From IMG/VR virus record IMGVR_UViG_3300050343_000117, positions 1 through 64,000 of that record: a DNA stretch of 64,000 nt. One strand, 5' to 3'. The notes beneath the pieces are model-generated. The model saw only the letters and a program-made list of their open reading frames with translations, had not been told where the DNA came from and did not search any database. This stretch comes from a virus. Made by a program: the position numbers and the translations under genes. This document shows, in pieces, positions 1 to 11,949 of the stretch (position 1 is its first letter; each line of letters begins with the position of its first letter).

Positions 1-486
1 AACACGAACTTGGTCATCTTTGCGAACTAAAGATTCTCCGGTGTCTACTAGAGACTCATTGCGCATACGATACATACCCTGACCTACGTTTCCGTCTTCT
101 AGGACATACCATTTAGAATCTTCCATAAGAACGTCCATGATGTCCACGCCTGTCGATTCGTGTATCTTCTGCAATTGACTGTCTGAAAGGTCTCCGTGTT
201 CTTTGATCAATGCAAGTGCAGCACCATATCGAGCAACCAACGAAGAACCGCCTGGCGCTTTGGCCATAATCTTCTTTAGATTAAATACTAGACGATGAAA
301 CGAGGTATAGTTATCACGGTATGCATCACGGTTCGCCATCTTATCCATATCAAAATCCGGATTTTTCTTACCCTCGGCATCAATGATACCTGCTTTATAC
401 GCACCTGTTTCCTCGAACTTAGTAACGAGTAGTTTCAGAAAACGAATTGTATAGACCACATCTGCGGCTGACTTTAGGATGCCCAT
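1..486 (-). CDS. Conserved T4-like hypothetical protein, truncated by window edge
   Basis: Manual translation from ATG at 486: MGILKSAADVVYTIRFLKLLVTKFEETGAYKAGIIDAEGKK...; runs off the window. Confidence 0.6.
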   Translation of the reverse strand, partial: MGILKSAADVVYTIRFLKLLVTKFEETGAYKAGIIDAEGKKNPDFDMDKMANRDAYRDNYTSFHRLVFNLKKIMAKAPGGSSLVARYGAALALIKEHGDLSDSQLQKIHESTGVDIMDVLMEDSKWYVLEDGNVGQGMYRMRNESLVDTGESLVRKDDQVRV

Positions 487-842
487 CTTATTTCTCTCAA
501 TTTATCTATTACGTATTTATCCATTTCGATACCTGTAATGTCATCATTTTTTATTGCCTGAAGAAAAACAAGGAATGGTTTGATAGTCGGCCACTGTTCT
601 AGAGGTATTTTCAACGCCAACATCTCCACCCCTGCTTCATAACCAAAGACATTGAAGATAACTATAAGGTGGTTTAAGATGAGTCTTTCTGCTAGGTCTC
701 CACTCTGGTGGTATCGATTGACCAGTCTCTTTACATACTTGAATCGTTTGAGATCATCAAAGAACTCTTCCCCGTCGATGTGCGTGGGGTTGTAGTAATG
801 TTTTGCAGCATAGACTACGATATTTTTACTATTCAACTTCAT
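474..842 (-). CDS. Conserved marine T4-like hypothetical protein
   Basis: YAAKHYYNP...EFFDDLKRFKYVKRL...ERLILNHLIVIFNVFG, a motif set typical of cyanophage/pelagiphage hypotheticals. Confidence 0.7.
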   Translation of the reverse strand: MKLNSKNIVVYAAKHYYNPTHIDGEEFFDDLKRFKYVKRLVNRYHQSGDLAERLILNHLIVIFNVFGYEAGVEMLALKIPLEQWPTIKPFLVFLQAIKNDDITGIEMDKYVIDKLREIRWAS

Positions 843-1786
843 AATATGGGTCTTCGAACTCCGGTAATCTGTACCCTTTGGGGTACATTTCCATCTTATT
901 TAGTTTATCAATAAGATCCTGAATCCAGTCAAGATTAAGTTCTCCATGGCGAGTTGTGCTGTCAGTGTCTTGCATGTACAAGTATGAGTACTTGGGTTTC
1001 TCGTTCCTCACTCGCATATCCAACACGCCTTCGTATGCAAGTTTCTTTAATTGGTAGTATTGTAGTGCGTCCTCACCGATTCGATGGTCTGGACTAAACC
1101 TAGTATACTGTGCGCACGTACGCGAGTAGAATACAAGTCGATTGAGCGTGTTAGACATATCACCGTAGTCTATCGTGTAATCCTCAGCAACTTTGCGGTT
1201 TTCCATCCATTGCCTAGCAATCGACTCATCAATACCATCACGCATCATCTTTTGTATATCATGTTCCCTAACTTTGGGTATATATGTGTGTCGCGTCTGT
1301 CTTGTTTTCAAATCATGTGTCCACGAACACTTATGCTTCATCGGTATAAAGAAATGATCCTTTTTTACGGATCTACTATCTACCTGTTTCGAAAACAGAT
1401 CGAAGAAGTCTTCTCGTGGAGTTTGAACAGATAATTGATTCGCCAGACATATCATGTCCGGTGGAGAGTCACTTAGCGCAACGGTACGATAGAGGTTTCT
1501 ACCGTAGGGGGTGATCACATCATCACCATCAACCTGTACCATGTACTCGTTGTCGCTTTCTAGGAACTTATCGAGTAGTGAGTTTTTACCTGTCGATGGT
1601 GTGCCGTCTGATTCGGTTATATGATGTTCTATATCGTTAGACGCGCAGAAATCCGCAGGCCTGTTCAACATACTCTGAATTCAGAGAGTTTATTATGACC
1701 ACGGTCTCATTTGGTTTTAGGGTATTGAATTGACGGTGTAACGTTCTTAGATTACCACTGGTCAATACATAATATTTAAAAGACAT
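829..1786 (-). CDS. Putative GT-A-fold glycosyltransferase-like protein (one frameshift near 1670)
   Basis: N-terminus MSFKYYVLTSG, then TESDGTPSTGKNS, a DxD-type motif VQVDGDD and a late GED motif. Confidence 0.5.
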
Positions 1787-1790
1787 GGAC

Positions 1791-2003
1791 CTATCCGCGA
1801 TAGATCCCCGCTTCTTTCAATTTAGCAACTAGGACATCTTTCTTACGACGCTTATCTAATCTAACGCCGTGGAGTTTACCTAACCTATCTAATTCCGATT
1901 TAGTCATATCTTCGATCAGACGAAGATCCATGCAGTGCCTTTCAGTAACTACTCGATTTGGCGGATCTTGACGAAAAAGATTTAGAATATAATCGACCAA
2001 CAT
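1791..2003 (-). CDS. Small hypothetical protein with Rho-N/HeH-like C-terminus
   Basis: MTKSELDRLGKLHGVRLDKRRKKDVLVAKL. Confidence 0.5.
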   Translation of the reverse strand: MLVDYILNLFRQDPPNRVVTERHCMDLRLIEDMTKSELDRLGKLHGVRLDKRRKKDVLVAKLKEAGIYRG

Positions 2004-2022
2004 AATAATATAACCTATTCAA

Positions 2023-2920
2023 TTACTTGACTGGTGTTTTATCACCATTCGATAAATTATCTGCACCGCTACGAGCAGGGGATTGTTTCATGTCCTTACC
2101 GCCCGCTTTGAAAGTCTTATTATGACTATCTTCTTCGTTGTCTTCGATTTTCTTCTCAGACTTCTTATGCATCGCAATGACTTTCTTGTCATGTTCGGAT
2201 GAATGATCATCATGCTTTTCACCAGCAAGTGCACCCTTCTTAGGGTCAGCCGCTTCAAGCGAATGCGGACCACATCTCTTCAAATGCAGAACGGAACTCT
2301 ACACTTTCAATCTTAGAGATTTCTGCTTTCTTGTCGGCAGTTTTAGGATTCTTTTTGATATCAGAATCGCCATCTGCTTCTGGTTCTGCATCTGGTTCTT
2401 CTTCAGAGTCATCATCTTTCTTTTTAGGTGGGAAAGGTTTCTTCTTCTTGTCCTTTGGTTCTTCTTCGGACTCTTCTTCGTCTTTCTCTACTTCTTCTTT
2501 CTTCGCTGGTTTCTTACCACCATCGATCGCGTCATCCGTTGCGGCACGCTTCTTGTGTAGATATTCATCAGAAGAATCTACATCACCATCATTGTCGATG
2601 TCCTTGTCCTTACGATCAGCGAACTTCTTATCATTTGCTTTATCGTCTACCGGATCAAGTTTCTTCTCAGACACTTCTTCGAGTTCTACTTCTTCGAAAA
2701 TCTTACCCATCTGTTTAGCACTAACCGTTTTGAAATCACCAAATTCGTTAGTTAATTTGAAAGATAACTTACCTTTATCTTGGTTCATCTGGACAGTATA
2801 TCGTTTACCGTCCTTACCTTGAATTCCGCCTTTATCTCTGATCTTGGCTTCATCCACAGTTTTTTCTCCGGAGACCATTCCCAAATACGCCTCCATAATT
2901 TTATTGATATCTGACATCAT
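2023..2920 (-). CDS. Highly charged probable internal head protein (frameshift near 2270)
   Basis: ORFs 2255-2920 and 2023-2283 join; K/E/D-rich, with a DKDIDNDGDVDSSDEYL Ca-loop-like motif seen in T4-like virion proteins. Confidence 0.55.
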
Positions 2921-2934
2921 TAGTCTCCGTTAGT

Positions 2935-3243
2935 TTACGCGTCAAAAAACATTTTGACGACTACACCAGCAAAGACGGTCGCAGATAATGTAATAATATA
3001 TTGCATTACTTTAACGGTCTTTCCTTGCTCTTGGACCGAATCTTCTATATCATCCATACGCATGGAAAATCTATTCATTCGTTCAAAGTGTTGTGAGTTT
3101 GCCTTCTCTATGTTTATAAGTTTTTCTTCTGCACGAGCTAGATCGATCATTGCATCGGAAAGTTTGTCTATCTTGTCCTCGATTCTTGCGAGGCGTTGTT
3201 CTTCACGTTGCACATGCTCTTGTAATATGGTAGTATCTGCCAT
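2935..3243 (-). CDS. Coiled-coil protein with C-terminal transmembrane helix (possible lysis/holin-like)
   Basis: Heptad-rich N-terminus, hydrophobic C-terminus YIITLSATVFAGVVVKMFF; preceded by a late promoter. Confidence 0.5.
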   Translation of the reverse strand: MADTTILQEHVQREEQRLARIEDKIDKLSDAMIDLARAEEKLINIEKANSQHFERMNRFSMRMDDIEDSVQEQGKTVKVMQYIITLSATVFAGVVVKMFFDA

Positions 3244-3348
3244 TTTCGATTAGCCCATTAAGTGTTAATTATATAAGTCGTATTTGATATAATTAATATA
3301 ATTTAATGTAATTATTCTCTGTTGACTTATTAGTTAAGGTTACGTTCT

Positions 3349-3356
3349 TATTTATA
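3349..3356 (-). promoter_or_regulatory. T4-type late promoter TATAAATA
   Basis: Exact TATAAATA on the minus strand in an intergenic gap. Confidence 0.75.
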
Positions 3357-3364
3357 CGAATTAA

Positions 3365-3684
3365 TTACCAAGCTTTGCACGACCAGTATCGCGCTTTCCA
3401 CTTCGGGCCAGGATCAGAACAATTATGTCTGGCACTGAAAACTTTTTCGACGAGCAGGGTTGTCTCTTTTGATTTCCATATTTGGATCACCGAATGAAAC
3501 CTTGACGACATTACCCTTCTCGTTCTTTGTATATACGTAGAACTTCTTAGAACCACCACGTACAGGTTTGTTCAAAGTAACTTTTCTTACCTTGATACTC
3601 TGCTTCGGTCAGTTCTAACTCTTCGTCGAGAGACTTACACGCCTCACAACACCCTTCTTCTACGTACTGTTTAAACTTTTTCAT
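3365..3684 (-). CDS. Small basic Cys-containing probable head protein (frameshifted)
   Basis: MKKFKQYVEE...AEYQGKK...KVSFGDPNMEIKRDNPARR...ARHNCSDPGPKWKARYWSCKAW, assembled across indels. Confidence 0.65.
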
Positions 3685-4060
3685 TTTGCAAGTAATGCCT
3701 TTGCTTTGGCGTACGATCGTGGAAAGCGAATGTACGAGACTTACCGTCTTTTTCGTCCTTGACCACATAACCAGATTTGGTCATCTTAGTGATCTTCGCC
3801 ATTCCCATTCTCTTATGCGCCCATTCCTTTAGTTGCGTATACGGTAGTTTTCGTAGTCAATTCGACTCCTTCTTCAAGTTCAATGAACCTTTATCTCTGC
3901 GCCTTTACTCTTTACTGCTTTTTTGAATTGCACATTTAAGTTTTTGCATCACCACGAGTTCCTCTGATCTTGAAGGAGCCTCTGAATCCGTGACAAGACC
4001 CCCATGCCTTTAGTTGCAAGCTTTGTACCAATTTCAGATGGTTTTGCGGTACTGTTTTCA

Positions 4061-4561
4061 TCAAGTCGAACTTAATATTAGTTTCTGAACTGATTCCTCT
4101 AACCCTTCACGCATAAGTTTACCACCTTTCACTCTGAATCCGTTATCTTTTAGGATTTTAGTAATAGTGGTCCTCTTTACCAAGTCGTCCATATCCTTGA
4201 GCAACTTAGTCAAACCCATGAATGCTTTATCCTGTACACTTAAAGAGGAATTCATAAACATAACACGTGCGAATGCAGCGGCCTTCTCGAACTCAATACC
4301 CTTTTTCTTATGTTTCAAGAGTTCATTAGATATCTTTTCAAAATCTGCGGCTTCATCAAGTTCAACTGACTCCTTTACAGGTTTGCCGTTTTTAGAAATG
4401 ATACCCTTGTATCCTTCCTTTTCCTTATCGGCAAGGAATTTCTTGGCGTATGTCAATAGGTGAAACGGCATCGTACGAATAGGTCCTTTCTTTGACATTG
4501 CGTACTTCACCACAAACTTATCTTTATTTGCGGATTCTCTTAGTTCAAAAAAATCTTTCAC
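4061..4561 (-). CDS. Probable internal head protein; likely continues to about 3690 via frameshifts
   Basis: Starts MKDFFELRES; contains ESVELDEA and EGLEES prohead-protease-type spacers. Confidence 0.55.
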   Translation of the reverse strand: MKDFFELRESANKDKFVVKYAMSKKGPIRTMPFHLLTYAKKFLADKEKEGYKGIISKNGKPVKESVELDEAADFEKISNELLKHKKKGIEFEKAAAFARVMFMNSSLSVQDKAFMGLTKLLKDMDDLVKRTTITKILKDNGFRVKGGKLMREGLEESVQKLILSST

Positions 4562-4562
4562 T

Positions 4563-4745
4563 TTAACTTCCTCTTGATGCGCCTCGAAATACCTTAGATG
4601 GAGCGCGGTTTGTATTATTTAATTTGAGACTGGGGCCTTGCGACCCCGTCATGTTAAACTTATTATTTTCAGAACTAGTAGACTGCAACCTTTCTCGTTT
4701 CTCTTGAGACATCTTTTTGTTGCGAGGTTTCTTAGTCTTACTCAT
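4563..4745 (-). CDS. Small basic hypothetical protein
   Basis: 60-aa K/R-rich ORF with an AAGGA RBS. Confidence 0.5.
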   Translation of the reverse strand: MSKTKKPRNKKMSQEKRERLQSTSSENNKFNMTGSQGPSLKLNNTNRAPSKVFRGASRGS

Positions 4746-4815
4746 ATTTATTCCTTATTTTAGACGGTCTTGTGCAGACCGCCTTGCTTCTCTTATTTCA
4801 GTAAACCTTTTCATG

Positions 4816-6991
4816 TTATCCTACTGCGACCGATTCACCGAACGTAGCATATTCACCAGCATCAAACGCGGTTAGTTTGGTTGGTTGCGCAGATAGATCA
4901 CTGGCATCGTAGACATAGACTGAACCACTTCGATCTCCATTGTCGTCGTCCTCTTCGGCACCAACAACAATAGTATTACGGAAAGCATCAAGGGAACCTC
5001 CGAATTTATCACCCGAAGCACCATCAAACGCAGATAGTTTAGTCGGTTGAGCAGATAGATCATTTGCATCATAAACGTATACTGAGCCAGGTCCAGGCCA
5101 CCCCGCATCACCTTCATACCAAGCACCCACAATAATCTTATCAGAGGTGGTAGCAACCGTAATCCCGAAGTTATCATCCGAAGTACCATCAAACGCGGTT
5201 AGTTTGGTTGGTTGCGCAGATAGATCATTTGCATCATAAACGTATACTGAATCCGGAAGTTATCTCCGATGTTGTCGATACGAGTATCTCATTCCAACCA
5301 TGACCTAGATCGGTATACCCAGAAAAGCACCATTGTTACTGTTAACACCAGAGGAACTTACAAAGATGTAGTTACCTGCAACTTCAATATCTCCAGTTCC
5401 GAAGTTGTCATTTCTTGGGCCTGTTACTTCTTTGATAAGAGACCCGTCTTCTTCATTAAAGATAAAGAATCTGCCGACAGATGTGTCCAGAGCTTCACCA
5501 ACGACAATTCTTCCAGAACCGTATGCAACATTACGACCAAATTGACCACCACCACCAGCGGTAGGTCTTTCGATAGACATCACTTCAGTTCCATCTTCTT
5601 CGAACAATTGGACACGTCCAGCGTTATTGTATGCACTAGAACCAACAAGGAATCTTGAATGATTTTCTTGCGTATCGACAGAGGAACCAAATTGATCACC
5701 CGCCGATCCATTTAATCGAGTAATTAAATCTGCCTGTATCGTCTGATAGGTTGAAAATACCAGTGCGACATCGGTTCTAGTACCTACGTAAAGTTTACCT
5801 TCACATTCTATTAACCATGCACCCACACCGTCTATTGAAGGACTATTGTTTTCTGCAATGAAACTGTAAACATGAGTCGTTGTTGTCCAGTGATTATTTG
5901 CACCATATGGCTACCATAGAATATAAGACCGCACCGTTTGCACCATTCGCATTAGCATTGTTGTGTGTTGATGAATCTGTGATTGTGAGTTATCTACTAT
6001 GACATAATCGTCAGTTACTATAAGTCTATTGCTTTGACCACCAAAGTCATTATTTGGTGGGTAAGGATAGTTGGATCCTAGAGACGAGTCTGTCCAGTAA
6101 TCCGTCATTCCCGATGTTAGTGCAAGGGCGCCAGGTCCATATATGGTGTTTGTTAGATTGATTTTACCATTATATGGAGAGTCTGGAGAAGAGTTTACGT
6201 GGCCTGGTCCTGCTGGACCATAACCAAATGCAACATATTCACCATCTGAAGTAGTGAAAGCACCGTATTCTGCGCCTCTGTAACCGTCGCCGATTTCTTG
6301 GTTTTGTTGGCCAGTTGGTAAACCATCAGCACCTAACGCGAATCTGTATACTTTACCTGAGTTTGGATAACCTCCTTGGTCATCATATGGCACACCTACC
6401 CAAAGACTACGTGGGTAAAGATCAGTTGGTTCCGTCAGTAACAGTCTTGGATTCTACCGAATGTCAAGAGATCCACCAGAGTCATTATCGACAGCAAGAA
6501 CCTGTTGAACATATACATATTCATAATATCTTGTAGCAAGTCGATTTCCGTCTAAAGATGCATTGTACTTCTTGCTGACCGAAGTTAGCGTCTGTTACGT
6601 TTGGTCCGTATAGTGTGCGTACTAAACTGCCAGTCGTTCTATCAAAAACTAAAATACGACCACTGTTATTGCCACCGCCAGTATAGTGCAGGTTACCTAC
6701 GAATATATTATCACCGGCCATAAAGATAGAAGAACCTACCATTTGACCACTCGGAGTAGGAAGAGTTGTGTTGTTACCATCCTGATTCATGATGAACGCT
6801 TGACCACCGAAGCTATTGCCGAACATTGCAGTAGTGGCTACAGTCCAAGTGCCTTCAGCTACTGGTGATGTAGATGATGTCGAGCCACTAGAAGATGATT
6901 CTGGTCCTACGTATGGTGGGTTGTCTGCGTCTACACCGGCAATTACTTGACCGGCATGAAACACCGCACCCGCTAAAATTTGATTTGCCAT
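4816..6991 (-). CDS. FG-GAP/integrin-alpha-like beta-propeller repeat protein (several frameshifts)
   Basis: ORFs 6521-6991, 5911-6393, 5305-5826 and 4816-5130 carry repeated xFGxxV...IVVGA...GSVYVY blades. Confidence 0.7.
4860..5227. repeat. Coding tandem repeats of FG-GAP blades
   Basis: 41-nt exact repeat at 4860-4900 and 5187-5227, plus a diverged copy near 5022-5062. Confidence 0.8.
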
Positions 6992-7013
6992 TTGTTCTAA
7001 ATTCCTTTAAGTT

Positions 7014-7286
7014 TTATGCTAAGTCTTTGTCATGGTTCAGGCCGCCTTTCTTCTTCTTGACGATGAAAGCGTTAACCCTTGCCATTCCCCATTGTTGTGG
7101 TGTGGTGCCTGGGCGGTGACCCGTTTTCCATGCCGCAACACCTCTATTATATACTTTACGCAAAGTGTCCGATGATATACCAGACTTCTTTGACTTCGCT
7201 GCGATACCATCTGGACCTTCATCAAGGTCTAGGGTATCATACATGCCGTATCTTTTTTCTTCAAGATATTTTTTAAATTTTATCAT
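7014..7286 (-). CDS. Small basic probable head protein (DUF5824-like)
   Basis: MIKFKKYLEE start; KSGISSDTLRKVYNRGVAAWKTGHRPGTTPQQWGMARVNAF. Confidence 0.6.
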   Translation of the reverse strand: MIKFKKYLEEKRYGMYDTLDLDEGPDGIAAKSKKSGISSDTLRKVYNRGVAAWKTGHRPGTTPQQWGMARVNAFIVKKKKGGLNHDKDLA

Positions 7287-8987
7287 GCCAAATCTCCTAA
7301 TCATTTTGCAAGTACTTTACATCATATCCAGTCCAAACTTACGAATTGCATTCAGCAGCATGCAAATTCATTGCAGACCTTCCATCTTATGGACTACCTT
7401 CTAATTCTTTCTTGATGTATTGCGCAACTTTAGTGTATTTATTCTTATTGATAGTCTTGGCTCCGATCTTATGCATTAAGTCTGGTACCCAGTTTTCTAG
7501 ACAACTCATTTTCTTCTGCAACACAATTAGGGACCATCTTGTTCCCTTTCTTTCTTCATACCAACTTCTTTGTACCCATCCCAACAATCTTCGTCGTACA
7601 TGTCCTTGAATGACTTGGTGTACTTGGATGGTTTAGTCTTGGCAGTTGTATCGCCAGGCGCTGGTTTGTATGCAGACTCATCATCGTCTGCCTTCTTACC
7701 ATGTTTCTTGAAGTGTGCATCACGTTTGACCTTGGTCGACTTTTCTAGTCCCTTATGGTAACGCGATGGTTGAGTACCTTCACGATCCTTTATATCTGGG
7801 TCCTGTGACTCGTACTTGATTTCAGGACTCGATGTCTTGAAGTCTTTCTTACGCATGATAGTTTTGTTCACTACTTCGAACTCACCGTTCTTATAGTTCA
7901 CCACAACAGGGAGATTTAGATCGGACTGCATATCTTTCAATACTGCTTCCGCATCTCCGTGTTTCTTTACGTCTTTGCCCTTATTCTTTGCGATCTTCTT
8001 AAACAACCGTTGGAGTTCTGTAACCTTGATAGCAGGGTCATTTCTCTTATCGTTCATACGGTCTGCGAAGTGTCGTGTAAATTCGATGTCGATGTCGAAC
8101 TTCTTCAACAAACGGTCACCGAACTTTTCTAAATCATTGAGTTGCTTTTGGGTCACGTCTTCGGAGATCAACTCCACAGACTCTAACCACTTGCGCATCT
8201 TCTTGCCATCGTTAGTCTCAACGATAACATAGTTCGCGCCTAGGATCGGATATGAGTAGCGACCTCTTCACTTTCTTTGATCACTACCATATCACCGACT
8301 TCGAACAGTTCGCCTTGCACGAACTTCTCTCGTGCTTCGGACACTGTCGCTAGTTCTATATGACTACGGAATTCGCTGGCTTCCTTCAGTCCCATACCCT
8401 TACGCACGTCGTTGAACAACTTACGTGTGTCTGGGTTAGACATTGACTTAGGAACCCCTTGCGAAAATGCAACGAAATCATTCTTTGATGCGTTCTCTCG
8501 TTGTTTAGAGGCAGACATGCCCTCAACTCCAACAGAATCCGGATCTCTCTTACCGGCGGATACTATTTTGATAGATTTGAAGTTGTAGAAACCGTGTCTG
8601 GCCTTTGTCCCATTGTACTTGTTCAACAGGACATCGAATTCTGTAATTCTGTCGTCACCTACAACCATAGTTACTGACTTATAACCTTGGTCATACAGTG
8701 CGACCATGGCGTTGATAGCGGTCTTGACCGACTTATCCACCATGATATTCCGTGCATGTTTCGGAAACATCTTACGTGTGTGTTTGATTTTGTCGGAGTA
8801 CGATAGCGGATTCTTCTTTGCGTCCTGTGACTGTGACGCAAATACTTTATAGTCTGCTTTCCCAGACTTCATGTGCTAACGCATCCATTACCTTGCCGTG
8901 ACCCATCGTAGGTGGATTCATACGACCAAACGTGAAATAGACTTCGCGTTCTTCTTCGACAAGGTATTGACTAAAATTCTTAATCAC
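7283..8987 (-). CDS. Multidomain protein: N-terminal HxGH (cytidylyltransferase-like) nucleotidyltransferase plus C-terminal virion-type modules (frameshifted)
   Basis: GTG at 8987 gives MIKNFSQYLVEE...FTFGRMNPPTMGHGKV, joining ORF 8240-8872 (KNPLSY, MVVGDDR, SAGKRDPDS, GMSASKQR) and ORF 7527-8198 (FTRHFADRMNDKRN, EDCWDGYKEVGMK). Confidence 0.7.
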
Positions 8988-9358
8988 TTTTTATCGCCCG
9001 CCTTTATTTTGTTTCTTTTACGTTCCATTTCTTGCTTACGAACGACTTTGATGAGTTTTCGGGCGGTGACGATCTAATTTTGACTGCATTGCCGGTTTGT
9101 CCAGTCGCTTCTCGATTTCTCTCTTACGAGCGACTGTCATCTCGGACTTATCTTGTCCTTTGGTAATCTTTGATACCAATGCGTTACGTGCTTGTTTACG
9201 TGCACGTTTCTTCAAGTGACATCCATTGATGCAGTTTTTCTTTCTGCACGTTTACGCGCCATGGCGATTCGTGCTTTGTTCTTTTTCATTCGCATCGCGA
9301 GTTTACGACGTTGTGTCATGTCGAGTACTTCCGATACCATGTCTTTAAATGACAGCAT
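8984..9358 (-). CDS. Very basic probable internal head protein (frameshifted; absent from the ORF track)
   Basis: MLSFKDMVSEVLDMTQRRKLAMRMKKNKARIAMARKRA, with a GAGG RBS. Confidence 0.55.
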
Positions 9359-9387
9359 GTCATTTTCCTCTATTGGTTTATTCCATA

Positions 9388-10607
9388 TTATCTACGGGCT
9401 GAATCCCAACCCTTTAATATATCGGATGAAAAGTTGTTGTATGAAAATTCCATACGGTCAACAAGTTTCACCGCGTCACCACCAAGTGTATCAATTGCAA
9501 CGTATCCTTCTTCACCAGTCACTTTGTAACCATTAGAAGTTTTCACGAAAGTATCAATCGATTTAAGTTTGTCCAAACTATTTATAAGTTTTAATTTGAC
9601 TAATACAATCAATTTTTGCAATTCAAACATCTTTATCTAGATTTGCCTTGTTTGTAGTAGAGAAAAAGTCCATCTCATCCTTCATTTCTGTTTCCAAGTG
9701 TCCTTACCACGTTGAGATTTCTTACTTGCAATCTCTTTTTTGTAGTAAGCTTGTCTATTACTTATCAATCCTCTAACATGCTTTCTTGAGTCTGGGAGTA
9801 AGGTACCTGCACGAACAAACGAGTTGTTGTAAGTCTCAATCGCCTGTGCAAGGTTCTGGTTATCTTCTAGCGCCTTCAGTGTTGTAGCAGATGTCTGTTT
9901 GAATAGACGACCGATTTGTGTCAGTAGATCATTGACTGATTTGGTTTCGCGCTCACTCATCGTCGCATTAGTCACGTCGGTCAACATCGCATCTTGTGAC
10001 CATACGTTTACAGAATTGCGAAACTTCGACACGTCCACACCGTATGATGCCTCGCATCGACTCAAAGTATTCCAGTGTATGTGGTGTGCCATACGATACC
10101 GATCTTAGCACTACGTACTTCTTTTGCTTGGTCGTAGGGTACTGCATATGCAATGGTGTTTGGATGAAACACACTGTACTTCTGACCATCGATGGTCTTG
10201 GTAGAGACATCACCCTTACCAAACAGGAAGTCCCCTTGGACAACACCCGTGATACCTAGGTCTGGTAGATACTTGAGAGCATCCTTCAACTTGGAGTTCA
10301 GATCGCCCGACGTATCATCGTCGATATCTGCGTCGGTCTTGTAGACCTTCGGGTTCTTGTTGAAGATACCTTTCTTCGCCACAAAGAACTCTCCGTCACT
10401 TGGATCTATACCGCAAAAGATTGCGGGCGCACCGTCCCATTTGACAGATACATTACCCGCACCCTTTCCCGCTAACATGTCTCGCAAACCACGTAACGCA
10501 TTGATAGCTTCACGTGTACCAGAAACTCCACCGTACAGGACTTTGTCCTCGATGTGAGTCATATGCGTATTCTTTTGCTCTGTAATGAAGTTTGCGAAGT
10601 TTTCCAT
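9388..10607 (-). CDS. DUF6267-like protein with ATP-dependent ligase/nucleotidyltransferase motifs (two frameshifts)
   Basis: MENFANFITEQKNTHMTHIED; SVKWDGAPA (motif I), VVQGDFLF (III), EEGYVA (IV), AVKLVDR (V). Confidence 0.65.
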
Positions 10608-11895
10608 TATGTACTCAGTGAATTATATTTGACTGCTAAATTGAAAAATTGTCCCAGTTTCTTTTGACCCGCGTTACCCGCTTTATTAGTTCGTATGGAC
10701 ATCTCCATAGTCACATTATCGTCTTTCGACTTTAGTTCAATGAACCAATTCTGTTTTGATGTGGTAGATGGATATGCACGAACGAACTTTACCATAGGCA
10801 AAAATACACCTAGTTCATCATTCGAAGTGATCTCTTCAAAACCGTCCTTTACCGCTTTGATAACTTTGGTAGGAACGTCGGGTGCGTCCCTCAATATTTC
10901 TGTCCGGATATAGTCTAGAGTCTTATCCTTATCTGTATTGAAAAGGTCAATGACAGCCTTACGACATGTCTCCAAGTGTTTGTCGTACAGTTCCTCATAT
11001 TTGGCACTGTCATCACGATTCAACTTTACTAGTAGTCCAGAAGTAACTCGTTTCTTGGATTTGTCATATGCACCACTAGGTGGCATACCTTGTATCTTAG
11101 AATAGACATCGGTGTGCAGTTGTCTGCGAAGGACACTTACATTACGTTGTTTCTTGAAGGACGTGAAGATAGGATTGACGTAGGTGTTGAGTTTAGGTTC
11201 TTTGGTCTTCTTACCACCCGCTTTGAGCGATACTCCCAACATTGCACCATCGGTAAACTCAATAAAGATATCGCCGGGATGGTTCTTAGGGACACCCGTA
11301 GGTTTTGCACGATATCCCCAATAGACCTGTTTGATTGATTTGTTCTTGTTTTCTTCTTGCAGATACTTGTAGACGCCCATCGCGTTCAACATCTTCTCAG
11401 TGAACTTGGAAGATTCAGACGCCTTCTGGATGGTATCGATTGCCGGCTTTGAGCATCGGACGGTTGAACACAGGTTAGAGTTTTAGGGTCCTGTTTCAAT
11501 AGGTGATCATAGAAATCTTGTACACTGGTCGTCATCGTGTAACCCGTTTCCCACGCGATGGCAGGGAACAGTTCTGTAATAGATGCGTTTAGAGTGGTCT
11601 CACCGATACCACCGGACTTAGGTTTTACCAGAATAACTACTTTGGTATCGAAACCAGAATCAATGAATATAGGGTCAACTGACTGCCCAGACTTCTCACG
11701 AACTTCTGCCTTGACACCCGCTTGGTTTAGATCACGAGCGATCTCATCCCTGTCCGTGAGACGGTCTTCTGACCGAACAACAAATACTGTGGTCTTACTG
11801 TTTTCGGATTTTTTCTCAACAGGAAGGTCCCCGAATACGTCCGGAAGATCAGACGTATTGACCTCTTCTGATAAGAACGACTTAAATGATAACAT
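10607..11895 (-). CDS. Probable head protein with PD-(D/E)xK-like nuclease motif (frameshift near 11450)
   Basis: MLSFKSFLSEE start; ASITELFP...HPGDIFIEF...GVSLKAG. Confidence 0.55.
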
Positions 11896-11941
11896 TGACC
11901 AAATTCCCTAGTAAGTTGACGTGGTTAGTGTACGATAACAC

Positions 11942-11949
11942 TATTTATA
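11942..11949 (-). promoter_or_regulatory. Late promoter TATAAATA heading the head-payload operon
   Basis: Exact consensus about 46 nt upstream of ATG 11895. Confidence 0.75.
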
